From: the human T2T-CHM13v2.0 reference genome, Homo sapiens
Length of the DNA stretch: 64,000 nt
Assembly (NCBI RefSeq): GCF_009914755.1
Contig: NC_060937.1
Strand: one strand, 5' to 3'
Below are positions 13,236 to 27,249 of this stretch, piece by piece. Positions within the stretch are counted from its first letter, which is position 1. The number at the start of each line of letters is the position of its first letter. Under the pieces are notes generated by a model. The model had not been told where the DNA came from. It saw only the letters and a program-made list of their open reading frames with translations, and did no database searches. The position numbers were made by a program, and so were the translations under genes.

Positions 13236-14267
13236 AATATTGGTTTAATGGAGCTTATGAGAGAAAACCAATCATTATAGACTGATGAAAAGCCCTGTGC
13301 TGCCTCAATACTTCTTTATTCCTATAAAGGTATTTTACAGTCACATGAGGTAAATAAGAACTAGGTTTCACTCCAAAATAATTACTTTTCAGGAAGCGTT
13401 GTCCTCATTTTTGGTTCAGAGGACTATTACATGGTGTCATGTCTTATTAGAAGTTCTTAACATCACTCATTATAGACTTAGGTAACAAAAGAATCCTTTG
13501 GGATGCATTCTGTACTTAAACCAAACCACAAATATTTTTAGATATTTTATTTGTTAAGAATGCTTCAAAATTTCAATGCTTATATTGGAAATGAAGGAAG
13601 AAGCGAACCTTAGAACTAGGGATGGGGACAGCTCTGAAATCCAAGTTTATATACTCCGCATTGATCCATTTATATATATATAACTTCAGACATTCGTTCA
13701 TGAAACATATATCAAGCATCAGCTGCATTCCAGAATGGGTTGTCCTTTAAAATTGTCTTAACTCAGAGTAAAAGGATTTTTTTTATTGCTGGTTGAAGGT
13801 GCTCCTCAAAAAGGCACAGCTTTGAGATAATGCATTTAATCCTCCCTTAACTATCACATAGTCTATGCCCAAGAAAATACAAAGACAAATAAGAAATGTT
13901 CCCTCAGATAACTTGCTCAGCTGGATCTCATATCCAAACCAGAATCTCGTATTATGTAACTCCATAAGCTTCTGTATTTATCATCATTGGAATGTGTTTA
14001 AATAAGACCATCTGTGAAAGTATTGCAAAAACATATCTATTATCATTCTGATTCATTTATGGATGATTTTCTTCAGATGTTTGCAAACATAAAGTTTCAA
14101 CACGTGAAAAAAATCACTTCTTATTACTTGGTTGTCTTTGTTTATCTTAAAAATTGGTTTTATTTCATCTGAAGGCCAAACACATCCCAAAACAACTAGT
14201 TAGATAGTGATCATTTACAGAAATTAATCAGGACAAAGGCTTGAACTATCTAAAAGAGCTCAACAAG

Positions 14268-14938
14268 ATTTTTATAGCAATTTATTGAAATATAATTCAC
14301 CTATCATAAAATGCATTCTTTAAAGGGTATAATTCAGTGATTTTTAGTTTATTCACAGAACTGTAAAACCACTGACACTATCTTTCATCATCCCAAAATA
14401 AGGCATATTAGCAGTCCCTCCTCACTTTCCCCAAGGCTTCCCCAAAGCTCTTGGCCTCCACCACTCAACTTTCTGTGTCTACGGATTTACCTATTATGGG
14501 CATTTCCTATAAATAGAATTATACAATATGTGGCCCATTAGTACTGCTTCTTTCACTTGGCACAGTGTTTCAAGGTTCATCTGTGTTAGGGCATGGATCA
14601 GAACCTCATTCTTTCTATAAAATGTCAAATAATATTCCATTGTGCAGACATACCACATTTTGTTTATTCACCCATCTGTTGAGCATTTGGATTATTTCCA
14701 ATTTAGCTATTCTGAAAAAAGCTGATAAGAATATTTGTGTACAAGTTTTTGTGCAGATGTAAGTTTTCAATTTTCTTGAGTCTATACCTAGGAGTAGAAT
14801 TACTGGGTCATATGTTAACTCTATGCTTGACATTTTGAGGGACTGTCAAACTGTTTTCCAACGTGGCTGCCCTAGTTTACATTCCCACCAGCAAAGTATG
14901 AGGGTTCAAATTTCCCCACATCCTCACCAACACTTGTT
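14268..14938 (-). mobile_element. L1MB-type 3' end
   Basis: tttattgaaatataattcac..atacctaggagtagaattactgggtca..cattcccaccagca..cctcaccaacacttg; ORF 14615-14833 resembles the L1 ORF2 C-terminus. Confidence 0.9.
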
Positions 14939-16098
14939 TCAGAAAGATTTCTATACAGGCATGTGAATAAAGTATCTTAATTTCTAAGAATAGAATAAAT
15001 TCATTTCAAAGAAAATAATAAAAGCACACTATACCAATGTTATTTATGGGGAGATTAAAATAGTATCATTTTTCATCCTGACAGTTTCTCAAATCCCCGC
15101 ACCAGGATTCTAGGAAGAGAATCTCTTGCAGCCATTGTATATTCTCCCTGTGGCAGAGTAATTCTTAAACTTTCCCTGGTGCAGGAAGGAGCGTCATTGG
15201 GGGGTCTTCAGTGAACACCTCTCCTGCAGATAAAGAATATGTTGTCCAAGCTGTGAGCAATCAAGTGGCATGTGTTCCTTAGGGCTGCAAGGCTGAAGAG
15301 TTTTTATTTGGTTCCCATCTCATAGAAGTTATTTATGTATCCTAACTGGAATTTTGACTCTTGCTATGATTACTATGTACCTTTTACCAAGCCTATGCTC
15401 AGTCATTTGACAAATTTTATAGTGTAAATGACCAAATATTTCTCTCAGACATATTCCTTAGGGAAAATTAAGATGCACAGTATGCTTCAAGATGATGGCC
15501 AAGAACAACCAACTCAACGAGCCTTCAGGAATTCATGATTTGAATATCATGTTCAAGGTAGACACCTTTTTAAAGTTAGGACAATTATTAATGATTCACA
15601 AATACTTGAAATTCTATCAAAAGTCTATGATATGATAATTTACAGTATGCTTTGGGGAAAGAATTCAGCCTTACTCATTCTAGAGCTAGCAGAAGTGAAC
15701 AACTATAGAATGTAATAACTTTAGAAACAAGTATGTGTGTGAATGCGTGTTGCATCTTAAGAGTTTAGGTTGAGTCCTAGGTAAGTTATGTTGGCATGTA
15801 TTCACTACACACTGCTATTTGAAGCTGTTAAATCACATGCATATACTCATGTTATTGGACTGCACCATCCATAATTCTTATTCCCAACAAACTGCTGTCA
15901 TGAAGTGCTTAGTAGGTCCTGGTGTGGTTAGTCCCTCAAAATGTACTCTGGGTATTGAGTCGATGTCATGAAAGGTTGCTGATGGATTTTATTTGTTGGA
16001 TAGAATAAGAGGCAAATAGAAGGAGGTTTTATTCTATCTCCAGAGACCTCTAGTGTCTTCTGCTTTTAACATGAGGATGTTGTTGCTATTCTCTGCTT

Positions 16099-16162
16099 CC
16101 AAGATCTTTGCAGTACATGGCCAAGATCTTTACGGTACTGGCCAAGATCTTTACAGTAGATG
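16099..16162 (+). repeat. Short tandem repeat, 3 x 21-22 bp (ccaagatctttRcRgta..)
   Basis: ccaagatctttgcagtacatgg / ccaagatctttacggtactgg / ccaagatctttacagtagatg. Confidence 0.9.
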
Positions 16163-16339
16163 CAATGAAACTGGCAATGCACTTTCTTACTTGCTAAGGG
16201 TACTGTAGATCACCACTCTGTCTGGTTGTGAGATCACAGCAATAATAACCACATTGCCTCAAGTACACTGTTAAAACTTGGGGAATGCTTAGACATGGCT
16301 TCAACTTGTCCAGGCTGCCTTCTAGATAAAGATCAAACC

Positions 16340-16560
16340 AAGAAAGTCCATGTGTCACTGCTCCGTGAAGGCTCCGGGTGGAACTCCCTGCCCCACTCCA
16401 CCTTTAAGATTTCCAGCACAGTGTCTTCACCTCCTTCAGCGCCCCTGTTTACATGTCCATCTCTCTCTTTAGAAGGTAAGCTGCAGAGGAAGTATCAGGT
16501 CTCGATCATCTTTATATCCCGACGGCTTACCGTGCAATAAGTAAATGATAAATGTGTAAC
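16340..16560 (+). mobile_element. L2 3' fragment
   Basis: tagaaggtaagctgc..catctttatatccc..ataaatgtg. Confidence 0.55.
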
Positions 16561-19500
16561 TGTGGAGCACCGTAATCCCCTAAATTCCTTGCAAAAGAAA
16601 AATTCTGTTTACACTTTCACTGCAATGCATCATAAACTTTGTTAGCTTTTATGCAGATGATGATAGTATGCCCTTCATAAGGTTAGAGGGATAAATTGTG
16701 TGTGTGTGTGTGTAAACTGCCTGGCACTTAACGAATATTAATAATTGCTTTTAGTTCAAGAAAATAATCTATGTAGATTAATGATGGTTCTACTAAATTT
16801 GTCAAATGGGGTTCCCTAGTATTACATAGAAAGTGTTAAAAATTCAAACATATTTACCTTGCACATAAGCTCAAATGATTTTAAGCTGAAGTTAGCTTAT
16901 AAAAATAAATTATTAATTTAGTTAGTAATCAAAGTCCAAACAAATCCGTAATCATGAAGACTCTAATCATTTGTTTTTGTTCTTCCTAGCTACAGACATC
17001 AGCAAACTCGAGAAAAGAAGGTTTGCTCTGGGAGATTCTACATGTGACCTGTTTATATGTAATTATATTATCTATTACTCAAGTATTTGTCTTGTGCTGT
17101 CTAAATTATAAGCTTCTCAACTGTTTGCCTTGAGTGAGATGTGCACGCTAAAGCCTCTCAATAAATATTAATTGAATGAATAATTGAAAAAAACCCTGAC
17201 TGCCTTTTTACTTAAATCCAAGCCTTTGCTAAGTTTTAACTTTCTTGATCCTACAATCACTTACAATTTACAAAGGAAAAAGTATAGTAAGTGCTGAATC
17301 ACTTTTCATTTTAAATTCCACTTTACATTTTGTTCCTAGCACAAACATTGCAGATTTTATAAGATTTATGTATTTAACTTTCAACTAAATCTAGAAAACC
17401 ATCTTAGAAAATCGCTGAGTTTCCCTTTTGAGGACTCTCTAATTCTGTCTGTTCATTTAACCTGGTTTGATTTGAATCATGCATTCTTCCCTCTGCCTGA
17501 CTCAGGTGACCAGTGGTTATGGATGGGGAAGTAGATGACGCTCCATTCTGGGGAGATTCAGCTTAGTGCCGGTTTTTTTTTTTTAAAGATCTAGTTCAAA
17601 AGTAGTCAGTAGAAAAATGGGTGCATTCTTACTTTTCATTCCTAAACTACTAACATTCATGATTGAACTCTGATTCATGATGTAGCATAAGACTTAAATC
17701 ACAGTTGGGGCTACAAAGAGAGAAAACAGAGGATTGGCCAGGGCAAAGCCACACGTTGGCTTCTGCCACCAAGGGGCACCTCATGGGCAAAATCCACACT
17801 TATGAACTCTACTCAAGGGCCATTTTCTCCTTGATAGAATCTCTGTTTCTCTATCTGGTTATAATGATGTTGTGAGCACAGATCAAGACCTCCTCTTACA
17901 TAAGAACAAATCTACATGTGGAGGGGTCTTATTTAAAAAATGAATTCAAAACTTCAAAAGTGAATATATTTCTCTAGCCAATTTTATATTTGATAAGAGT
18001 AGTAGTCAAATTTGGCATAATGAGAACATTTATGATGTGGGAAAATCTCAAAACAAGTGTGTTTTATTTTCTTTTCAAATTGAAGAAAACCTAGGAAAAG
18101 GCGGCTAGTTGCTGAATCGCACGAATGAAGAGAGAATAGAGATTTTCTTTTGGAGACAGAGGAAGAGAAGTGATTTTTTTATTTGCATACTTTGAAAACT
18201 TGAAGGCGGAAGTGGTTTTCTTGCTAGTAGCAGGTCCAGGCCCAAAGTAAACGATTCTAATGAAATAGTACAGGGTTGTGGATAAACGACATGTTTCATG
18301 GGTGAAGCATTTAGGAAAACAGCTTAATGTATCATTTTGCTATAGGTTCTCTGGCAGCCGACAGCCCTCCCCGTCTCCATCCCTGCACCATCCCCGCACA
18401 CTATTTATGTATTTTCATTTGCATGAACCTACTCTAAGGTTTTGCCCGGTTGATTTTTCAAGTTAATGATAGGGCACTTGGGGAAAGATTAATGTCAGGA
18501 ATGCAGAGGTTCAGCAAATTGTTGAAGAGTTTCACCATACAATTAATCTCTCTTTCCCATATTACAAAAGTGCAAGAGATGGATGCAGGGAAGTGGTAAT
18601 GATGCTGCTATCACAGGTCTCTAAGAGCCGGGGGAGTCAGCTATAAAGATGATGGGAAGACGGCTTTCTGCTCTCAGAAGGATTTATAAATCATTCCCTG
18701 TTCCCTGTGCCATCCATCCTTGCCAAGTGATTGTGGCACCCCTTTGCTGTTTACCATTCAGCTGTCATTGACTGGGTGAGAGTCCTCTAAGGAGCACTAT
18801 GGAGAGCAGGGACACCATCTCAGTTAAGATGACTGCCAAGCCCCCAGTCCATGGATGCCCCTAATATCGACTCTTTATTTCCAGCTTTCTCATCATTCAG
18901 CTGCTAACAATTCGATTTCTGCAATGTGTTCTGTGAATTAAGTACCTCTGCCCTCCAAGGCAGTATTTTGTCAGAGACAAGGGTGATATTCACAATAGTT
19001 AACTGGTATGGCCCAGAAACGGATCTATGAGAAAGGACAGTTTCCAGCTAAATCCTTCTTAATCCCTTAGTTACTGGGTCTTCAGGTTCTGGGCTGCCTA
19101 CAGAGGAAGAGGGATGCTGAGACCGTGGAAGTTGGGAGAGCTCCAAGTACTCGGGGCCGTGCTAAAAGTGCTTCAATACTGCATCAGCCTTGCAGGTAGC
19201 AAAATCTGTTGTTGGTCCTCTCCGCTTCTCTTTTCCAGCCTCTCAACTGAGCATATCCAGCTCCAGGCCTCAAGGCATCTCAGTGAAATGTTAACCCAGA
19301 CACATCCCCTCTCTCAGAATAGGCTTGACAGAGACTGGTCACTGCGTCCTCCCTCCCCCAGCCCAGGGACTTGGCGGTCGCTTGCTCACTGGGTCCCCTG
19401 AACAAGGAAGGCAATGTTCCCTCAATTCACAGAACCTTTCTATTCCCAGCCGTGCCCAGCCAGCATCCTCACTGCTTCAGATGTGCCACGGGCTGTGGGC

Positions 19501-20050
19501 TGGCAGCTTGAAAACGTGCCTTGGGATTATCAAGCCCAAATATGAGCGTTGCTTTTTGAAAGGAGAACAACAATATTTTTTTCCCTCTAACTCCAGATAC
19601 ATAGTAATTCTAGAAGAAAAGTGTAATATTCAGAGGCCAAGCCACCTTGTTCTCAGGATGGGCAGGAGCTGAGTGGGGCTGAGTCCCTGGGGAAGCTATT
19701 GCCACACCAGCCCTCTCAAGAGGAGCAGATCACAGCTAACAGGGCAGAAGAAGCAGGGGACCTAGACCCCCAGAAGTTGGGAGGGGTCTTGGGAGAAGGA
19801 ACTTAATGATAGCTGGAGCTCCCTCTTAAAAATGGGGCTTCACGCTCTTTATGACATGTAGATAGATCTGTTATAAACATTTGGCCAGTGGCCTTCAAGC
19901 ACAATTTTTGAACAGTACATCTCATCTCATATGAATTTGAGGACTGCCTCTGTCACTAAGGGTGGACCTTCAAGATTCTGAGCAGCTATCAAACTTGATT
20001 TCTTTAAATCGTTTTGTCATCCCATCTGAGATTTTGGTGAGACAAGTATC

Positions 20051-20395
20051 TGACTCTTAGTCTTTTTGTGCTGCTACAACAACACACCAGAGGCTGGCAA
20101 TTTATGAGTAATAAAAATCTATTTATCACAGTTCTGGAGGCCAGGAAATCTGAGATCAAGGCACCAGCAGGTTTGTGGCTGGTGAGGACTCACTTCTGCC
20201 TCCAAGATGGCGCCGTGAACTCTGTGTCCCAACATGGCCAAAAGGATGCAAGGGCAATGATGGTCCCAAGCTAGCTCCCTCCAGTCCTCATGACTTAATC
20301 ACTTCCCCAAAAGGCCCCATTTCCTAATACCACCATTCTGGGGATTAAGTTTCAATGTGAATTTTGGTGGGGACACCATCATTCAAACCATAGTA
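20051..20395 (-). mobile_element. MaLR solo LTR (MSTC/MSTD/MLT1A-like)
   Basis: cttagtc..gctgctacaaca..cacagttctggaggc..gatcaaggcaccagcagg..cattcaaaccatagta. Confidence 0.88.
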
Positions 20396-21292
20396 GACTC
20401 GAACAAACAAAACTTGCAGACTCCTGCTGGACTGTGACTAGTTCAGCATGTTAATGGTCTCATTTATAACTTCATATATGTGTGAGGATCTCAGTTCTGG
20501 GATGAAATCCCACTGTGAACTCTCCCACCATGCCAGGACCCCAGTGAGCTGGCAGCCCCTCCCAGTGCCTCCCCACCAGACCACCCAGCTCTGCACAGGT
20601 GGGCTGCCTGACACGGTGTGTGGCATCAGTCAATGTGTGTGTTTATATCTGTGCCTGCATGTTTAAATCTCAGGCTTGAGAGCCTGGAGGATCCCTAGGA
20701 GGGCCTTTCGCTCCATTCCTCTACCTGCACAGCCCAGAAAGAAATCTACTTTGACAATTCAAAAGCCTCTTTGTTGATGCAAGGAAGAAAAAGACATAAC
20801 TTCTCTTACTTTACCCTCTCCTCATCTTTGTGGTTGAGAGGTGATTCATTCATCATTCCACCCTTGGGGTGCAGAGCGTGCCTTACGCAGAGGCCTTGGC
20901 CACACCCCAGTCAAAGAAGAGAGGGTCAGACACAGTGTAGCTATGGCCATTATCTTGTCCATAAAAGTACTCCTGTTAGACTCTCAGGGTGGAAGTATCT
21001 TTAGTGCCTTTTTGTTTTTATTTGCTGCCAAGGCTATACGTAAATATTGTCATGGTGGTGTGGTCAGAAGCCCCAACTCCACCCGTCCCATGTCTCACAG
21101 CTATATAGACTTGGAAGCTGGAAAGCTTTCGACCGATCCTCACAGCAACCCAGAGGATTGGCATTAGCATCCTACAGATGTGGCGCCAAGGTCCCAGACA
21201 AGTGGGCACATTGTTTTCAACTGTACAGCTTGTGAGCTACCTTTCTCTTGGTTCCCATGACAACATACGTGGCAAGGAAAAGTGAGAAACTA

Positions 21293-21717
21293 CAGTTGAC
21301 CCTTCAACAACACGTGTTTGAACTGTGCGGGTTCACTCATATGTGAATTTTCTTCCGTGAATGTCACCCCTGAAACAGCAAGACCTCTTCCCACTCTTCA
21401 GCCTGCTCCCCATGAATAAGATGAGAATGGAGACCTTTATGATGACCCACTTCCACTTAATAAATAGTAGATATATTTTCTCTTCCTTATGGTTTTCGTA
21501 GTAACATTTTTTTCTCTAGGTTACTTTATTGTAAGAATACAGTGTACAATACATGTAAATACAAATATGTGTAAATCAAATCTTTATGCTATCGGTATGG
21601 CTTCTGGTGAACAGTAGGCTGCTGCTCACAGTTTTGGGTGAGTCAAAACTTATACTTAGATTTTCTACTGTGTGGAGGTCAGTGCCCCTAACCCCTGCAT
21701 TGTTCCAAGATTAACTG
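21293..21717 (+). mobile_element. Tigger2a (MER28) DNA transposon
   Basis: TIRs cagttgacccttcaacaac / gttccaagattaactg; preceded by TA; ~425 bp. Confidence 0.9.
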
Positions 21718-22070
21718 CACTGTCAATTACAAAAACGCAGTCCTGTCACTTTTGGCCTCTAACACGCACTCAATGTTTAGGGTGCTAAGTATGTCTTTCT
21801 AAGCAGTGTAAAAAGATGAAGGGCCTTTCCATTAACCCATGTGCCAGGAATCTCAGTTTCTTCTTCCTCAGCCACACTTCCTGCTGAAGTATAGCTCTGG
21901 CCTTAACAGTCCTGGAGAAAGGGCCCTCCCCTATAAGGCTGCCCATCAATGCCTGCTGCTAGCCACAGCTGATTGCATCCTGATCCAAGTGGAGCAAATC
22001 AGATTTTTTACCACAAATTTGGTGTTAAAATACAGAGGCTGAGGCCATGAGAGAGCTATGAAGTCAGAGA

Positions 22071-22731
22071 TAATCAATCCTCATTGTTGGTGGATTCCTT
22101 ATCTGCCAATCCTCCTACTCACTGAATTTGCTTGGAGCCCCAAAATCAAAACCCTTGGTGCTTTCTTGACCATATGAGGGTGGGCACAGAGCAACAAAAC
22201 ATTTAGCCACTGGCTGCTCATGATCTCACCTGAGGTCAAACAGAGCAACACCCTGGCTTCTTGTTTGATTGGTCATACTATATAAATAAGTGTCTTTTGC
22301 TTTTGCAGTTCATTTCATACCACATTTTTTTGCATTTTTGTGCTTTTTGTTGGTTATTTTGCTGTTTAGAATGGCTCCCAAGTGTAGTAATGAAGAACTG
22401 TCTAATGTTCCTGCATTGGGGAAGGCTGTGATGTGGCTGATGGAGAATGGATGTGAGTTAGAGGAGCTTGGTTCAAGCGTGAGTGACAGCCCTGCTGGCC
22501 GTGAGCTCAGTGTTTATGAATCAGCGAATACATAATAAATATGGTGTCGTGAAACAGAAACACACATAAAGCAAGTTTATTACTTACCAGTTAATGAAAA
22601 AATCTTGTGACTGGAGGTTCACAGGAAGATACCCTTCTATTTTTCCTGGAAGCAGTTATTTAGTATTCACTAATTTAGCATTCATGGCAACTTTATAGAG
22701 GATAACTAGTGTGAAGAATGAGAATCAACTA
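22071..22731 (+). mobile_element. MER82 (TcMar-Tigger), near full length
   Basis: tcaatcctcattgttggtggattcc..ccccaaaatcaa..gcatttttgtgctttttgttgg..gagaatcaact followed by TA. Confidence 0.88.
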
Positions 22732-23617
22732 TAAACTGGTCAAGCCAGGTAGAAGCAAGGAATCCTGATGCGCAGAGAGGGCTAGGGTCTAGATGTTTAC
22801 ATTCACAGATGGCTGGAGGTGAGAGCCTTGGAGGCAGGGGAGCCACGGCATGGACAGAAACTTCCTGATCACCTTCCTGTTCACACGCTGCCCCACTGGG
22901 CTTCCTGCAGCAGTTCCTGTGAGATTCCACATCCAATGTCACATGCGCATGGACTCCAGCATGCATGGCTGCTTCTGTGCTCCTTGCATGTACATTTCTG
23001 TAGACTGGAACCACCCCCAACGTTACCAGTAAACACCTCCTAAGATCTCTAATTTCAACTATAATAAAATGCAAATATCTATCAGAAATAACAGTTATTC
23101 TCATCCTTAGCACTAATAAAATGGAAGAGAAATTAAACAGATAAAGTTTAGATCCTGATCAATGATGCAATCACCTTTTTCCTATCCTCTTGAATTTCCA
23201 GTTACCTTGAATTTCTTTGGAATAACTTCTACTTTTTCTTTTTTGTAAAACAAAAAGTCGGGGTTGGGGGGGCGGGGGTTAAAAAGCATTTAAAGTTTCT
23301 CTATAGCCTTCTGCCAAAGAACTATCTTCTCTCTTTCATGCTTGATCTTAGTGAAAGAACTGACCAAGTTGACCTTTCTCAGGTAGGGCATGTTGATTCG
23401 AAGAGTCAAAGGTCACCTGACATCAGAGCTAATCGATAGCCTTTTGATTCTGTGGTTTTGTAAGAAATATAAACTTACTCAGCTTTGCAAAGCTATTTTC
23501 ATTTTTTTGCTCTTCAGGATAATTTGTGCCTAGTGCTAAAGATCAAAGTAAAGCAGAAAAAGTCCAGAAAATCTAACATGCTTCCTTATTTATTTACCTG
23601 CTTTAATTTAAAAAGCA

Positions 23618-23840
23618 ATAATTACTACAATTTATAGAACAACCACACCATGCCAACTACTTCATGTACATTGTTGATAATGCACCTGACAATCTTGCAA
23701 GATTGTTGTCATGAACACTGATTTAGTCGGAAGAGAACAGGTTTCACACAAATTAGATGAGTGGACGAACGTCACATAGAGGCAAAGCTGGGATTAAAAC
23801 ACATATCTGTTTAACTTCAGAGTCACAGTGTTTTCACCTG
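23618..23840 (-). mobile_element. MIR SINE (diverged)
   Basis: gtcacatag..ggcaaagctgggattaaaac..tctgtttaacttcagagtc. Confidence 0.65.
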
Positions 23841-25334
23841 ACTGTGTTCATTCATGGAGAAGAGAAATCAAGAACGTGCAGGGGCGTCATTTCCACAAAC
23901 CGAAACAGCAGAAATGGACATGTCACACAGGCCCCCACCAATGGTTCCCAACCCTACCTTGTAGACTGGCACAGAAAACAGCACACTGGTCTGCCCATTC
24001 TCAATGACATTCGTCATCCCAATGACATGGATGTCTTCACCCTAATAGCCAGAGGGCCAAATCCTAATCCTTGGACACCATCAGGCTGTGGCTGGCCTGA
24101 CCTGAGCCCAGTCCCAAAAGGCGTCTGTGTCACCCACGAGCTCTCCCCTCTCTGGAAGATAATTTCATTTCCATAAAGCAATTGCTTTTATGGACATGAA
24201 AGAAGGAATCTGAAACTTCCAGTTTTACAATCTCTAACTTGTAGTTGGCTGAATTGTAGTAAATAGGGGCAAATCTTCTTGTTTTTAAGAATAAATATGT
24301 TATACATTATACACACTCAAAAGCACATGGTTCAAATTATGTGCAAAGTACATGCAGTAGAGCACATGCAGCTGGAAATATTTGACCCCACAGTGAATTT
24401 AGCATATTTGGTTCAGAGCACTTCCATTACAAATATATAAAGTGTTTATGTAACCCATTGATTGCTCTTATGGCACCAGTAAAACCCAACAAATGGCAGA
24501 ATTTTTTATACAAACTAGCTGATGTCCATGCATCACATCTTTATCCATGGTATCTCTTCAGCCCAGTGCTTTTGGAAGTTCTTCTCTGCCTTCAGTTTCA
24601 TGAATTGCGTGTGTGTTTTGTGATCAGTGTGAAAATGAGAAAAATTAAATATCATTCTCCTAGGGAAAAAATCAAATGACAGTAAATATATACATGTAAG
24701 TTCTAGCTATAAACCTACACTGTGGTTTTGTCAAATTTGACTTGCAACTACAGACAGTCAGGCACATGTAAAAATGGTTCTTACAAAGCAATGTGACTAG
24801 GTACCCTTACTCACTTCTGCCATCAAATAGACATCAGGTCCAGAGCCTCCTCTGCTCTGTCTTCAGAAACTGTCAACACCTGTACTCTTCATAAGACTTG
24901 AGCTGGGTAGGCAAGCCACGTGCTTCCTGCACTCAGATTCCTTTGTCAACAGAATCTTAGGGACTTCCTCAGGGTCCCCAGATAGTCACTTCACTCTCTC
25001 CTTCATCTTTCAACAAAATACAATGTCGTAAAGCAATTGTGCCAAGAGTTTTCTAGAATTGCTCTGACTGAAATTTGAGCTTTAGTCTCTAAACTTGATA
25101 TTGCAAAACCTCCTTTACTGATACAGCTCAACCCTCTATTCTTAACTGTCCACACCAATTTCTACTGCCCTTAGGCAATAAAGAGCTGTTTTACATGAAA
25201 AGTACTCAAAGTTCCTACCCTGAAGACAGCAACTGCCATGGGCCCGTACTGCTTACCACCTCCCATTCAAGCTGGAAAAGATTGTGGCCACTTTTTCCCC
25301 CCAACTCTTTTATATTTTTATTTCTAGAATGGCC

Positions 25335-25789
25335 ATTTTTTAAAAACTTTTATTTTAGACTCAGGGCTACACGTCAAAGTTTGTCATATAGATAAACTTG
25401 TGTCTTGGGGACTTGTTACACAGATTATTTTGTCCCCCTGGTACAAAACCTAGTACCAAATAGTTATTTTTTCTGCCCCTCTCCCTCCTCCTCCCACCCT
25501 CTACCCTCAGGTAGGCCCCAGTGTCTGTTGTTCGCCTCTTTGTGTCCACGTGTTCTCATCATTAAGCTCTCACTTATAAGTGAGAACATGGGGTATTTTG
25601 TTTTCTGTTTCTGCATTAGTTTGCTAAGGATAATGACCTCCAGCTTCATCCATGTTCCTGCAAAGGACATGATCTCATTCTTTTTAATGGCTGCATAGTA
25701 TTCCATGATGTGTATGTCCACATTTTCTTTATACAGTCTACCGCTGGTGGGTATTTAAGTGGATTTCATGTCTTTGCTCTTGTGAATAG
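25335..25789 (-). mobile_element. L1PA13-16-like 3' end
   Basis: aacttttattttaga..acagattatttt..cacttataagtgagaacatg; ORF 25464-25721 is the L1 ORF2 C-terminus (MEYYAAIKKNEIMSFAGTWMKLE). Confidence 0.95.
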
Positions 25790-27249
25790 AACTGGAAACA
25801 TCCCCCTAAATCTCTCCTAATCATCTGTCAGGAAAGGGGTGGATGCATGCACACATCTTGGGATGCTCTGTCCCCAGAATGAGGGCAGCACAGCTGGCTA
25901 CACAGAAACGTTCCCTCCATTCTGTGGCTTCCTCCTCCCAACATTTAAGGTTGAGGGCCACACATAACCCATGCACATTCATGTGTTTTGGCTCAGTGAT
26001 TGTGTAAATTACAAGATTGGGATTGTTCCCAAATTCTACAAAGGGGAGAGTGTGTGAAAAATTGTGGCTGCAAAATAAGTAAGCAGTTTGAAGCAAACCC
26101 TATGTATTTATCTGGTTTTACGTAGGCAGATAAAATGTGGTGGTTCTTTACAAACCTTGCTAAATTGGAAGGGCTTGAGAGACCTCAAAAAAAGCTATGG
26201 ACAAAGTTAGCTCTGCCAAAACGGAATTTTCAATTCCAGGAAAACCGAGGATTTTTAAGATTGAAATTATGGTTGAATCATTGCTCTTCAGTTCACACAT
26301 TTATTTGTTTTAGCTTCATTTGTGAAATACGATATCATCTTCCTACTTAATGGCTTTATAAAATCATCAGTGAAACCTGGCAAATTTGAATTATCTGTGC
26401 ACAACTTGTATCTCCAGTAAATAATGGAGGAAGGAGATGTGGAATTCTGAAAGCATCCATAGGATAATGGAACCAGAAGCCATAATCACTAGATGTTTGT
26501 GAGACACAAATCATCCCATAGACAACTTGATTGCTTTTTTGATGGAATTGCAAGATTTACAGATGAAAGCAAGGTAGTTGATGTGATACGTTAGAATGAT
26601 GATTGTAATACACTTGATATAGTGTTGCACAAAATCCCACTTGCAAAACACATTTGTGTACAGTAGGACTGTCACCAGAACAAAAACTGAGGACTGACTG
26701 TCGATGAATGAGTCGGAACAGGATAATACCGCCTCCTTTGTCCATACATCAAACCCTGACTTACAACAACAAAAACAAATGGCCTCTGATATAGAGTTTA
26801 AAACCGTTTAAAAACCAACAGTAGTTAAAAGATTATAATACATGTTGACCTTGTTGAATATCTGAGATTTTGACAGTTGTACAAAAAAAAACTGCTGGAC
26901 TATGGATCAACCATAGGTTCATGAGCAAAAACTAAAAGCTGTGATACAAAGAAGTGTAGTGCACCCTGCCTAAGCTCTGAAGCAGGAGGGCGTAACTGAC
27001 GTACTGGAGGCATTCACTAAAAAGTAACTCACTGTAAAATGCACTGCATGCCAGGGACATATAGAGTTTCACAGGAAGAAGTAACAGGACTTAAGAGCAG
27101 GGAGAGATGTAAGAAAGAAGCTGTATTGTGAGCCCATCATCTAGGGACAGATCCAAGTTGCGGTGAATGTGTACAATGGGTGGAAGGTGGCTTCAGAGAT
27201 CCCCTCCCCCTGCAATATACACCCTCTTTATAACATGCTCATGCAAGTG

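Noticed and set aside
17765-17780. CTCF-like CCACCAAGGGGCAC (also 28606, 52534)
   Set aside because: Mismatches at highly conserved core positions
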